Sequence record: NC_041917.1
Reading direction: 5' to 3' (one strand)
Length of the DNA: 64,000 nucleotides
Position 1 is the stretch's first letter; the number at the start of each line of letters is the position of its first letter. The notes beneath the pieces are model-generated. The model was not told where the DNA came from. It ran no database searches and worked only from the letters and a program-made list of their open reading frames with translations. Shown piece by piece: positions 48,418 to 57,907 of this stretch. Position numbers and translations under genes: made by a program.

Positions 48418-48419
48418 TC

Positions 48420-48845
48420 ATGGGTAGTTCAGATTCGTTAATCAAACTAATGTCAATGGTTGCTAATAAAACACAAGTAACTATTAACGATCAAGCCATG
48501 TCATTTAGTGAAATGACCATCAAGAGAACATCTGATGGTGGAACTGTTGTTATGATTGATGGTGTTCCGGCTATCGGTGATGATGTAGTCATTAACATTG
48601 AAGTAAATGGTGATGTTGAATCTATTATGTTAGGTTCAGGTACAATTACTTGTGCCAATGTTACCAATGGTATTAAAACAGTTTCAGGGGATGTATTCTG
48701 TGAGAATGTTCATGGGAATATTACCAGTACATCAGGGGATGTACAATGTGATGATGTAGCTGGGAACGTAAGTACTGTTTCTGGTGATGTAGATTGTGAC
48801 GATATTGGCGGGAACGCAAGTACAATATCTGGCGACATTAACTAA
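48420..48845 (+). CDS. beta-helix repeat protein (DUF4097-like)
   Basis: Repeats of (T/V)SGDV.C..V.GN.ST. Confidence 0.7.
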   Translation: MGSSDSLIKLMSMVANKTQVTINDQAMSFSEMTIKRTSDGGTVVMIDGVPAIGDDVVINIEVNGDVESIMLGSGTITCANVTNGIKTVSGDVFCENVHGNITSTSGDVQCDDVAGNVSTVSGDVDCDDIGGNASTISGDIN

Positions 48846-48857
48846 TAAGGATAAATT

Positions 48858-49517
48858 ATGACTACTAATACTATTTCTATTCCATACGTACTAGAGCGTT
48901 CTAGTGAAGGTGAACGTTCTTATGATCTAGCATCTCGTATGATGCAAGATCGCATCATCATGATTGACCATCAATTTGATGAAGCAATGGCACACGTTGT
49001 TAAAATGCAGTTAATGTATCTTGATGCACGTAGTAGTCAACCAATTTCTATCTACATTTCAAGTCCTGGTGGTTCAGTACATGACGGTCTTGGTATTCGT
49101 GATGTAATTGGTAACTGTCGTTCACCTATCAAAACTATTGTTATGGGATATGCTGCAAGTATGGGATGCTATCTACAATCAGTTTGTGGTACTAAAGGCC
49201 AACGTCTTGCTGGACAAAACGCTTTTATCATGGCACACCAAGTATCCAGTGGTACTAAAGGTCTAGTAACTGATCAAGAAATTGCATTGAATCATACTAA
49301 ATCTTTGAACAAACTACTAACTTCACAAATTGCTGAAGCATGTGGTGTCTCTCATGAACAATTCCTAAAAGATTGTGATCGTGATTTGTGGCTAAATGCA
49401 GAAGAAGCTCTTAACTATGGTGAGTTCGGATTCATCGATGGTATTTTGGTTGGTGAACGTAATGAAAAAGGTCAATACAAAGTTAAACGCCGTAATGACG
49501 TGATTGATTGGGTATAA
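48858..49517 (+). CDS. clpP: ClpP-family protease
   Basis: DRII, YISSPGGSV, AASMG (Ser), MAHQ (His), DRD (Asp). Confidence 0.92.
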   Translation: MTTNTISIPYVLERSSEGERSYDLASRMMQDRIIMIDHQFDEAMAHVVKMQLMYLDARSSQPISIYISSPGGSVHDGLGIRDVIGNCRSPIKTIVMGYAASMGCYLQSVCGTKGQRLAGQNAFIMAHQVSSGTKGLVTDQEIALNHTKSLNKLLTSQIAEACGVSHEQFLKDCDRDLWLNAEEALNYGEFGFIDGILVGERNEKGQYKVKRRNDVIDWV

Positions 49518-49520
49518 CGA

Positions 49521-49808
49521 ATGTCTAAAAAACTAATTCGTGGGGGAGAAGTCCCCCAATCTGCTGAAGTATTAAGTACTTCAGAATTTATGGATGTTGC
49601 ACTGGAACAAATTTCCAGTACTGCATTATCAGTAAAGGGTTCCAACGAAGCTGAACCAGTTCTAACAGCTATGTCAGATATTTTGGATTTAATGTGTTCG
49701 TTCTTAAAAGCAAAGAATATTGAACCAAACGCATTATTTGAACATGCAGAAGTACTAAGGGAAACAGAAGGAACTTTCGAAAAGAAAGTAGCAGTAACTA
49801 AGGAGTAA
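49521..49808 (+). CDS. degenerate MazG-like (PRA-PH-like) protein
   Basis: KLIR N-terminus, SDILDL, R..EGTFEK.V C-terminus. Confidence 0.45.
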   Translation: MSKKLIRGGEVPQSAEVLSTSEFMDVALEQISSTALSVKGSNEAEPVLTAMSDILDLMCSFLKAKNIEPNALFEHAEVLRETEGTFEKKVAVTKE

Positions 49809-49812
49809 TACA

Positions 49813-50259
49813 ATGGCTAATAACGATCAATACAAAACAGGGTATGATTTCTTTCAGAAAAGTACTGAACTTCTATCCCCTGAACAGTTGAAACAAATGC
49901 ACCCTCTATTTCGTCGTGGGTATCGTACTGCACAAGAAGATTTGATGAAGAAATCAAATAAAACATTCCCAACAGTACTTAGTGATATTCCACGTAGACC
50001 TGTAACATTTGTTCCTGACGTGAAAGATATTCTCGCGGCTACTCGTCGCCCTCGTATGAATAAACTACATCTTCCACAAATGGAACCAATTTTGAATCTA
50101 TTAGTATCATCTGTAGAACGTGAAAAAGATAAAATTACACGTTATGCTGATGTTGTTCGTCTAGTTGATGAGAAATTTAATATTATTTTACAGTACGGTT
50201 ATGATAGTGGTGTTCTAAATGAGCATGATTTAAAGCAGTATAACTACGACCCAAAGTAA
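49813..50259 (+). CDS. hypothetical protein
   Basis: AGGAG SD. Confidence 0.75.
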   Translation: MANNDQYKTGYDFFQKSTELLSPEQLKQMHPLFRRGYRTAQEDLMKKSNKTFPTVLSDIPRRPVTFVPDVKDILAATRRPRMNKLHLPQMEPILNLLVSSVEREKDKITRYADVVRLVDEKFNIILQYGYDSGVLNEHDLKQYNYDPK

Positions 50260-50306
50260 TTAAAAAGGCCACTTAACTGTGGCCTTAAATATTTTAAGGA
50301 TTATTT

Positions 50307-50858
50307 GTGAGATTACAACCTTATACACCAGAACAAACAGATCAACTACTAGCAGATATTAAATTTATTGCAACACATGCAGTAATTGTAAATGTTGAAG
50401 CAGTGGAAATTCTAGAAAAGAAATATGCAGAGTACTTAGAGCATTTTCGATGGACACTTTTTAAGTGGAAACCATTAGATAAAAAAGGATTTGTAGAATC
50501 ATTGTATATCTATAAATCTTATATTATTGAAAACAAACCATCTGATGGATATTCACGAAGTACTTTTCAAGAACACTTTTTGAATGAACCAAGTAAATTT
50601 TATCGTGGTGAAACATTTCATTTTCGTTTATATCAACACCAATTAGAAAAATATGGTGTACCATTAATTACAGATGATGAAAATAAAATAATTAAGATTG
50701 CATCAGAATTAACTGATTTCATGTTCGATTATGACTTTCATAAAAAATACTCAGTACTTGTAAATTATGCACATCGTCCGTTTGAATTTGATGAAGTAGA
50801 TATTGGTTGGATTGAAAGAGTAAAGCGTTATAAGAAATTAGTGGAGTATAATCTATGA
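50307..50858 (+). CDS. hypothetical protein, trio member 1
   Basis: HRPFEFDEVD. Confidence 0.75.
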   Translation: MRLQPYTPEQTDQLLADIKFIATHAVIVNVEAVEILEKKYAEYLEHFRWTLFKWKPLDKKGFVESLYIYKSYIIENKPSDGYSRSTFQEHFLNEPSKFYRGETFHFRLYQHQLEKYGVPLITDDENKIIKIASELTDFMFDYDFHKKYSVLVNYAHRPFEFDEVDIGWIERVKRYKKLVEYNL

Positions 50859-51382
50859 ATTACCAATTATCAGAAGAACAAAGTCGTGATGTTATATTGC
50901 AGTTAGAAAATTATATTCCCATAATTAATAAACTAAATGAAGTTGCATATAATTTCATGATGAATTATTATAAAACCTATGTTACTAATGGTCAATATTT
51001 TTTTGGATATATGTCGGAAGATAAGTTTTTCAAAAAGTTAGGTTCAAGAAGTGAATTTTTTGCTGTATATATTGAAGATGAAAATATTCATAGAGTGAGA
51101 GCAAGTACTCTTTTTATGGGATTTAATAATAAATTTTTGCGTAAACATGGAATTATTATTGAACCAGTTGATGCAGAAGTTATTTTTGAATCAGTTGCCT
51201 GTCCACGTCAAGATGCTTCTATTATTAATAAAGTACGAACTTTACAACATTTCCTTTCTGAATATGCAAATGTTCCGTTCAAGTTAGGTACAGAAGAATT
51301 AGAATTATATGAAAGAATTAAAACTGTAAATGCGAAACGTATAAAAGTACTTTCAGATGTTGGAGTAGAATATGATTTATAA
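50855..51382 (+). CDS. hypothetical protein, trio member 2
   Basis: NVPFKLGTEE. Confidence 0.75.
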   Translation: MNYQLSEEQSRDVILQLENYIPIINKLNEVAYNFMMNYYKTYVTNGQYFFGYMSEDKFFKKLGSRSEFFAVYIEDENIHRVRASTLFMGFNNKFLRKHGIIIEPVDAEVIFESVACPRQDASIINKVRTLQHFLSEYANVPFKLGTEELELYERIKTVNAKRIKVLSDVGVEYDL

Positions 51383-51866
51383 AAAATTATCACCAAGAGA
51401 AACATCTATTTGGATTAAAAACATTAATAAAGTTATAGACTTAAATGAACAGCTAATGATAATGGTTCGTGCTCGTTATAATTTTATGGATGCTGAATAT
51501 CAAGAAAAGTACTATTCAGGTTGGAAACGATTCTTTTATGAAAGTCGTTGTCATATTGTTTTTGGTAATATATACCAACATGGATCTTGGTTCTTTAAAC
51601 TAAACAAGATGACTCCTTGGACTCGTGCTGAATTGAATATGGATTATCATACTGATAACTATTATGAAAATTGGAAGCGTAAGCTAAAAATGACAAAAGA
51701 ACGTTGGACTAAATATGCAGAACAACCATTCCAAGTTGAAGAAAAGGATGTAATCTTTTATCAGGAAATGGTGGAATTTCACCAAAAAACAATTAAAATT
51801 GCCGAAAAGCTAGGGATAGAATATGAAACATACAACTTGGATGAAGATCGCAAAGATAGTTGCTGA
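51372..51866 (+). CDS. hypothetical protein, trio member 3
   Basis: EQPFQVEEKD. Confidence 0.75.
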   Translation: MIYKKLSPRETSIWIKNINKVIDLNEQLMIMVRARYNFMDAEYQEKYYSGWKRFFYESRCHIVFGNIYQHGSWFFKLNKMTPWTRAELNMDYHTDNYYENWKRKLKMTKERWTKYAEQPFQVEEKDVIFYQEMVEFHQKTIKIAEKLGIEYETYNLDEDRKDSC

Positions 51867-52293
51867 TGAAAGTAAATGTATTTCTCAACATGTTGGTGCG
51901 GTTATTGTAAAAAATGACCGTATTGTAAGTACTGGATATAATGGAACACCATCTAAGCAACAAAACTGTTGTGATGCAAATTCTCATTTAGTCAATGACG
52001 GGTTTCAAGATTGGGTATCCGATGATGCCCGACATGAGCACCACTCATGGAGCCAGCTTCACGAGCTACATGCAGAGCACAATGCTCTTTTGTATGCAAA
52101 TCCACTTGACAGAGATGGAGCAACGTTGTATTGTACTCTACAGCCTTGCTTTGTGTGTTCATTGCTCATTGCGGGATCGGGAATTAAACATGTGATTTAT
52201 GAGACTGAATATCATCGTACACCAGTAGAAGCACTTGACGTTTTGAAAAATGCTGGTATAATTGTTGAAAGACTTTCGGACATTGAGGAATAA
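51823..52293 (+). CDS. cd: dCMP deaminase
   Basis: VGAVIV..GYNG, HAEHNA, PCFVC. Confidence 0.93.
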   Translation: MKHTTWMKIAKIVADESKCISQHVGAVIVKNDRIVSTGYNGTPSKQQNCCDANSHLVNDGFQDWVSDDARHEHHSWSQLHELHAEHNALLYANPLDRDGATLYCTLQPCFVCSLLIAGSGIKHVIYETEYHRTPVEALDVLKNAGIIVERLSDIEE

Positions 52294-52296
52294 AAA

Positions 52297-52569
52297 ATGA
52301 AATTGATTATCTTTTTTGCTATTGCCCTTATCGTATTTGCTATTTTAGCAATGATCATAAAGTCCACATTAGATAGCAAAGATGTGTCTTATGGTAAAAA
52401 GAAAAACACTCGTAACTTTAAGGTTCGCTTTGATGCGGCGGCGGAAAAGTACTATATTGTGAACGAGCTTCAAACTCATGACGAACCAGTTGTTAATTGG
52501 TTAGGTAAACGTGTAATGTACAAAGAAAAGCCAAAAGCAGAATTTGTAACTGAAAAATTGAATGCATAA
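52297..52569 (+). CDS. membrane-anchored protein
   Basis: N-terminal TM. Confidence 0.75.
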   Translation: MKLIIFFAIALIVFAILAMIIKSTLDSKDVSYGKKKNTRNFKVRFDAAAEKYYIVNELQTHDEPVVNWLGKRVMYKEKPKAEFVTEKLNA

Positions 52570-52597
52570 AAAAAGGAGCCTATGGCTCCTTTTTTGT
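52568..52597. terminator. bidirectional intrinsic terminator
   Basis: A-tract GGAGCC-TAT-GGCTCC T-tract between convergent genes. Confidence 0.85.
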
Positions 52598-52615
52598 TTT
52601 TAAGTAATCGTAAAA

Positions 52616-53521
52616 TTAAGCAGTTACTGTTACGACACACGTATCGGTTTTAGAACCGTCAGTTGTTGTCACAGTAATAGTACTTGTACCAACTGCTACA
52701 GCAGTAATTAAACCACTTGAGCTAACAGTTGCTGTTGCTGGAGTACCAGAAACATAAGTTACTGCCTTATTACTTGCAGTAGATGGGGCAATAGTTGCAG
52801 TTAGTTGTTGGGTTGTAGTTCCAGCTAGGCTTAGAGATACAGTTTTTGGTGCTAGGGTAACTCCGGTTACAGCAGTTGTCACAGTTACTACACAAGTATC
52901 GGTTTTAGAACCGTCAGATGTTGTAGCAGTGATTGTTGCAGAACCGTTAGCTACAGCAGTAACCAAGCCAGTACTTGAAACCGTAGCCTTTGTTGCATCA
53001 TCAGAAGACCATGCAATAGATTTATCGGTTGCATCAGATGGTGCTACCGAAGCATCTAGTTGAGAAGTAGCCCCAACTTTTAGTGCAAGTGTATCAGGAG
53101 TTACAGTTACTCCAGTTACAGCCACAGGGTCTTGACCCTGACCTTGATAGTTAGTTAAGAATACTGCACTACCATCTTGTAGAACAACTTTGTTTAGAAG
53201 TAAGCGAACTGCGAAACCTACAACATCACCAGCAGCATCTTTAATGCTAATGCAGAAAGTACCATTAGCTAAGTTGTCAGCTATATCAGAATTAGAATCC
53301 GCTGGATCTAAATCTACACCGGTTTTATCTACACCAGTAATTTTTACGAAAGGATAAACGGTTGCACCGTCAGCAGAAAGCAAATCAAACATATTGATTG
53401 AACGTTGCTTACTGATGCGTACATTTGTTAATTTAGTACCATCGGCTAGAACAGCAGCATCAACGTTGATGCCATCTACACCGAATGGTGACTTATTACG
53501 ACCAGCAATTGGTTTTCCCAT
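52616..53521 (-). CDS. Ig-like (Big_2) domain virion protein
   Basis: Two Big_2 repeats (V.P..ASNK.V.W.S..ATVSS.GL.TAV..G...IT.TT.DG.KT..C.VTV). Confidence 0.9.
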   Translation of the reverse strand: MGKPIAGRNKSPFGVDGINVDAAVLADGTKLTNVRISKQRSINMFDLLSADGATVYPFVKITGVDKTGVDLDPADSNSDIADNLANGTFCISIKDAAGDVVGFAVRLLLNKVVLQDGSAVFLTNYQGQGQDPVAVTGVTVTPDTLALKVGATSQLDASVAPSDATDKSIAWSSDDATKATVSSTGLVTAVANGSATITATTSDGSKTDTCVVTVTTAVTGVTLAPKTVSLSLAGTTTQQLTATIAPSTASNKAVTYVSGTPATATVSSSGLITAVAVGTSTITVTTTDGSKTDTCVVTVTA

Positions 53522-53712
53522 AATTAATCTCCTAGAGAATCATTTATATAATAATATTTATCCAGCCAAGGACTAATATATATTTATTAGGATTTCCTTG
53601 ACATAAATGTGAAGATTTGATATACTCTTTTGGTCTTAGAGACAATTAAATCTGAAGTATTTACTGAAAAAAAGTTGAAACATCAGAAAAAAATCTGTTA
53701 TAATATAAACAT

Positions 53713-53757
53713 CAAAGCGATGTAGCTTTGGCAACAATGACTAAGGGAGTCTTAGAA
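53713..53757 (+). promoter_or_regulatory. double-hairpin leader of NAD gene 1
   Basis: CAAAGC-GATGTA-GCTTTG and CTAAG-GGAGT-CTTAG with SD in loop; promoter TTGAAA 53675/TATAAT 53699. Confidence 0.8.
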
Positions 53758-54825
53758 ATGAAAAATGAAAAAGTATATGTATATATTGGTCGCTTCCAAA
53801 TGGCACATAAAGGCCATGAGGAAACAATTAAACATGCACTAGAAAATGCAGACCGTTTGGTAATTCTTGTTGGTTCGTCTGACCTTGCACGTGATCCTAA
53901 AAATCCGTTCAGTTTCACAGAACGTCAACAGGTACTGGATGCTATGAGTACTCGTTTAGCACAAGAAGAATGGGCTAAAGGGCGTTCGGTTAAGATTAAC
54001 ATCTTACCAATCCACGATTACGTTTATAACAACAGCAAATGGTTAAAAGAAGTACATGAACAGGTTAAATCTGTAACTGTCAGTTCTGATATTACTATTA
54101 CTGGTTGTCAGAAAGAAGCTGACGAAAGTACTTTCTATTTGAACTTCTTTCCACAATGGAAACAGGATTTCATTGAAGAACTTAAAGTTGATGAAGCAAC
54201 TATCAACAGTACTGAGATTCGTAATCAATTCTTCAGTACTAAACAAGTTCCAACGATTCTTCCAGAAGAAACTCAAGAGTTCCTAGAGAAGTTCATGCAC
54301 ACTAAACCAATGGTGTTTGATAATTTGATTGGTGAATTTAACTTCATTAATCGTTATCGTTCTGAAATGATCGAAAAGTTACCATTTAAAACTATCCCAT
54401 TTATTACTGGTGATGCTTTGGTAATTTGTGCTGGTCATGTTCTATTGGTTAAACGCCGCACATTCCCAGGAAAAGGTCTATATGCACTTCCTGGTGGATT
54501 CTTCGATTCTGAACAAGATGGTGATCAAGTAGATGCCGCGATTCGTGAATTAAAAGAAGAAACCAAAATTGATGTTCCAGTAAAAGTACTTTATGGTTCT
54601 ATCCGTGAAAGTATGGAATTTGGTGATAAAAACCGTTCTCTACGCTGGCGTATCATTACTAAGTGTGCGTACATCCAACTTCAGGACAATACTTTACCAA
54701 AAGTAAAAGGTGCTGATGATGCTGAAAAAGCATTCTGGATGCCACTTGGTGATTTGGTTAACAACCGTGATAAATTCTTTGAAGACCATTTGAGTATCAT
54801 TGATACTTTCTTAGGTATTCTGTAA
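53758..54825 (+). CDS. nadM: bifunctional NMN adenylyltransferase/ADP-ribose NUDIX hydrolase
   Basis: GRFQMAHKGH, NPFSF.ER, INSTEIR; ALPGGF..AIRELKEET NUDIX box; start 53758. Confidence 0.93.
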   Translation: MKNEKVYVYIGRFQMAHKGHEETIKHALENADRLVILVGSSDLARDPKNPFSFTERQQVLDAMSTRLAQEEWAKGRSVKINILPIHDYVYNNSKWLKEVHEQVKSVTVSSDITITGCQKEADESTFYLNFFPQWKQDFIEELKVDEATINSTEIRNQFFSTKQVPTILPEETQEFLEKFMHTKPMVFDNLIGEFNFINRYRSEMIEKLPFKTIPFITGDALVICAGHVLLVKRRTFPGKGLYALPGGFFDSEQDGDQVDAAIRELKEETKIDVPVKVLYGSIRESMEFGDKNRSLRWRIITKCAYIQLQDNTLPKVKGADDAEKAFWMPLGDLVNNRDKFFEDHLSIIDTFLGIL

Positions 54826-54868
54826 GAAATATTGGAGTACTTCGGTACTCCATTTTAAGTGAGGTCTA

Positions 54869-55390
54869 ATGCTTTACTGTCAACCGAATAGTTTTTATGA
54901 TGAAATGATGTATGTATCAGAAAATAATGAGAGATTTTTAAAGAAACTCGCATTGACAGAATACAAAATACCTGATACAGTACTAAATCTTGAACCTATT
55001 GGATACCTAATAAAAATAGTTCTTACTGAACCAGATTTTTATGGCAATGATAAAATTATTGCATTACGAACTTTTGGTGTTAATGATTCATTAACAATGA
55101 CACCAAATTGTACTTATATGAGTGTTTATTATGCAATGATTGCAGAAGGTTCATTACTTATATCTAAACCAACCACTTCATATGTTTATATGAATGATGA
55201 AGGTGAAACGATATATAAGACTTCTGATGAGTATGGTGATGAATATCATTATCGAATAGAAGATATTGCAAAAAGTAAAAGTAATGATATATATGCATTA
55301 GATGCTTATGTATATTATAGCTCTAGATTATTTCGTCCAGATAATATCATGGCGAAAATACCAACATTTTTATTAAAAAACATGGCATAA
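54869..55390 (+). CDS. hypothetical protein inserted between NAD genes
   Basis: GAGG SD. Confidence 0.7.
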   Translation: MLYCQPNSFYDEMMYVSENNERFLKKLALTEYKIPDTVLNLEPIGYLIKIVLTEPDFYGNDKIIALRTFGVNDSLTMTPNCTYMSVYYAMIAEGSLLISKPTTSYVYMNDEGETIYKTSDEYGDEYHYRIEDIAKSKSNDIYALDAYVYYSSRLFRPDNIMAKIPTFLLKNMA

Positions 55391-55400
55391 GCCATCAACC

Positions 55401-55445
55401 TGAAAGCGTTGTAGCTTTCACACCTATACTAAGGGAGTCTTAGAT
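55401..55445 (+). promoter_or_regulatory. double-hairpin leader of NAD gene 2
   Basis: TGAAAGC-GTTGTA-GCTTTCA and CTAAG-GGAGT-CTTAG. Confidence 0.8.
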
Positions 55446-56924
55446 ATGAAAAACTTAAATGTAAACTTTATTCTTAATGTTGATTCTTACAAAACTGGTC
55501 ACGGTTTTATGATGAAAGATGGCGTTGTAGCTCTCGAATCAAACATCATTGCCCGTAAACCATCCAAATTCACTACACATGTTGTGATGATGGGTATTCA
55601 GTACTACCTTCAAGAGTACTTGGATATTGTTATCACTGTAGATGACATTGACGAAGCAGAACATGAAACAAACCAACGTGGTGATGATTTTGATCGCGGC
55701 TTTTGGGAGCATATTGTAGAAGTGCATGGTGGTAAAATTCCATTGCATATTCGTGCTATTCCAGAAGGTACATTGGTTCCTGTTGGTTGTCCTTTAGTAC
55801 GTTCTTTCAGTACTGATGAACGTGTAGCAGTTATTGCAAGCTACATTGAAACTCAGTTACAACGTGCAATTTGGTTCCCAACAACTGTTGCAAGTAATGC
55901 TCGTAGCATTAAAGAATTTTTAGCAGATACTATGGAACGTCATGCTGGTCATCGTTTTGTAGATTATCATCTTCATAACTTCGGGGATCGTGGTGCATCA
56001 AGTTTCGAATCAGCAATTCTTGCTGGTATGTCCCATTCAACGGTATTCAGTGGTTCTGATTGTTTATCTGCTAACCGTTACATCAAACATTACTATAATA
56101 CTGACAAAGCATATTTGACCAGTGTTACTGCAAGTGAACATAGTGCAACTTGTTCTAACTCTGATGCAGACAAACGTGATGACTTCAATATGGCAGTCAA
56201 AATGGTTCGTTTGTGGGAGAAGAAAGTTGACAAGTACATTGCAAATGGTTCTGTTGGTGTACCACCAATTGTTTCAGTAGTAATCGATACTTACGATGCG
56301 TACCGTTTCGTTCGTGATTATATCGGTACTCGGTTAAAAGCGACAATTGAAGAAATCGGGAAACGTTGCCCTGGTGCTAAACTTGTTATGCGTCCAGATA
56401 GTGGCGACCCAACAACTATGCCAATCGAAATCATCGAACTATTGATGGAAAAATTTGGTAGTACTGTAAATGCACAGGGATTCAAAGTACTTCCAGCATT
56501 TATCGGTGTTATCCAAGGTGATGGCATCAATGAAACCAGTATTCGTCAGATTGTTTCTAATCTAGATGACAAAAAACTTTCTATTGAAAACCTTGTTTTC
56601 GGTATGGGTGGTAAACTTGTTCATCCTGAAGCTGGTCGTGATACTTATTCTTTCGCAATGAAAGGATCTGCACAGCAACTTGAAGATGGTACTTGGGAAG
56701 ATTTATTCAAAGACCCAATTACCGATGTTGGTAAACGTTCTCTCCGTGGTCGTGTAACGACTTATGAATGCACCAATACTCACAAAATCATTGCTGAGCG
56801 AATTGAATTACAAGAAGTCAATCCATTCTTGAAAGATATGATGGTTGATATGTACATTGACGGTGTTATCATGAATCTTAGTACTTTTGATGAAGTACGG
56901 GAACGTGCTAATAAAGGTCTATAA
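55446..56924 (+). CDS. nadV: nicotinamide phosphoribosyltransferase
   Basis: DSYKTGH, LHNFGDRG, ASEHS, VIDTYD, RPDSGDP, IQGDG. Confidence 0.95.
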   Translation: MKNLNVNFILNVDSYKTGHGFMMKDGVVALESNIIARKPSKFTTHVVMMGIQYYLQEYLDIVITVDDIDEAEHETNQRGDDFDRGFWEHIVEVHGGKIPLHIRAIPEGTLVPVGCPLVRSFSTDERVAVIASYIETQLQRAIWFPTTVASNARSIKEFLADTMERHAGHRFVDYHLHNFGDRGASSFESAILAGMSHSTVFSGSDCLSANRYIKHYYNTDKAYLTSVTASEHSATCSNSDADKRDDFNMAVKMVRLWEKKVDKYIANGSVGVPPIVSVVIDTYDAYRFVRDYIGTRLKATIEEIGKRCPGAKLVMRPDSGDPTTMPIEIIELLMEKFGSTVNAQGFKVLPAFIGVIQGDGINETSIRQIVSNLDDKKLSIENLVFGMGGKLVHPEAGRDTYSFAMKGSAQQLEDGTWEDLFKDPITDVGKRSLRGRVTTYECTNTHKIIAERIELQEVNPFLKDMMVDMYIDGVIMNLSTFDEVRERANKGL

Positions 56925-57016
56925 TATTTTGGGGGCTTTTGCCCCCTTCTTTTTAAGTTAAATAGAGTTATTAAAAGACAAATATAATCAATTTTATAAT
57001 TGAAAATGAGAAAAAT

Positions 57017-57217
57017 ATGAATATTTTTATGGCAGTACTAAGCATTTTCTGCTATATCTTTATAGGTTATCTGGCCTATCATGATCACAGAGAAAAGTTT
57101 AAAGAAGAACCAAATAAGAAAGTTAAGAAAGTACTTTATGCTACAACAGCGATAACATTATATGTTTTAATCGGATTCTTTTTAGCAGTACTTTTGTACT
57201 TGATTTTAACCATGTAA
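57017..57217 (+). CDS. small membrane protein
   Basis: Two TM segments. Confidence 0.7.
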   Translation: MNIFMAVLSIFCYIFIGYLAYHDHREKFKEEPNKKVKKVLYATTAITLYVLIGFFLAVLLYLILTM

Positions 57218-57226
57218 GGGAGTATA

Positions 57227-57673
57227 ATGGCTGGAAAAGGATTTGTGGGTCTATCACTGGATATTGACCAAGCTAAAGAAATTCAAAGAATATTTAAAAT
57301 TGCTGGTGTAGATTGCTTGACACCATCAAAATTTCATGTTACTGTTATGTACGATGAAGACGAGCCGGAAATTGATGTTCTTCCGAATGACAAAAAATAT
57401 TCTGCAACTATTACTGGCGTTGAACGTCTTGGTAAAGTAGGTTCAAAATATGAAGCTATTGCACTAATATTGGAATCATTTGACATTAGTCAACGGCATA
57501 AAGAACTAAAAAACGCTGGATTTAAACATAAATTTCCAGATTTTAAATGTCATATGAGTGTACTTTATCAACCATCAGATACCGATTTGGATTTGATTGA
57601 ATTGATATATAAACTTGGGGTATTACCAGAAGAATTGACATTTGGTAATGAACATTTAGGTAATACAAAATAA
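57227..57673 (+). CDS. acb1: 2H phosphoesterase, T4 gp57B/Acb1-like
   Basis: KFHVTVMY and RHKEL..AGFKHKFPDFKCHMSVLY match the two HxT/S motifs of gp57B. Confidence 0.75.
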   Translation: MAGKGFVGLSLDIDQAKEIQRIFKIAGVDCLTPSKFHVTVMYDEDEPEIDVLPNDKKYSATITGVERLGKVGSKYEAIALILESFDISQRHKELKNAGFKHKFPDFKCHMSVLYQPSDTDLDLIELIYKLGVLPEELTFGNEHLGNTK

Positions 57674-57683
57674 GTAGGTTGTT

Positions 57684-57899
57684 ATGAAAAACGACTTGAG
57701 CGATAATGAAAAACGACTGTACAGCGGGGCATGGGTAGATGAACATTCTTGTGCAAATAATAAAGTGACATGTATACGTTGCTTTGGTAGTTACATTATA
57801 CGTGAATCCCCACGCTCAGTACCAGGAACTGATGGATATTATATTAAAGAGCCACAGTGTCCTCATTGTAAATGTCGTTTATATTTTTCACATCTATAG
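57684..57899 (+). CDS. small zinc-ribbon protein
   Basis: CIRC..CPHC. Confidence 0.65.
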   Translation: MKNDLSDNEKRLYSGAWVDEHSCANNKVTCIRCFGSYIIRESPRSVPGTDGYYIKEPQCPHCKCRLYFSHL

Positions 57900-57907
57900 G
57901 AATACAA

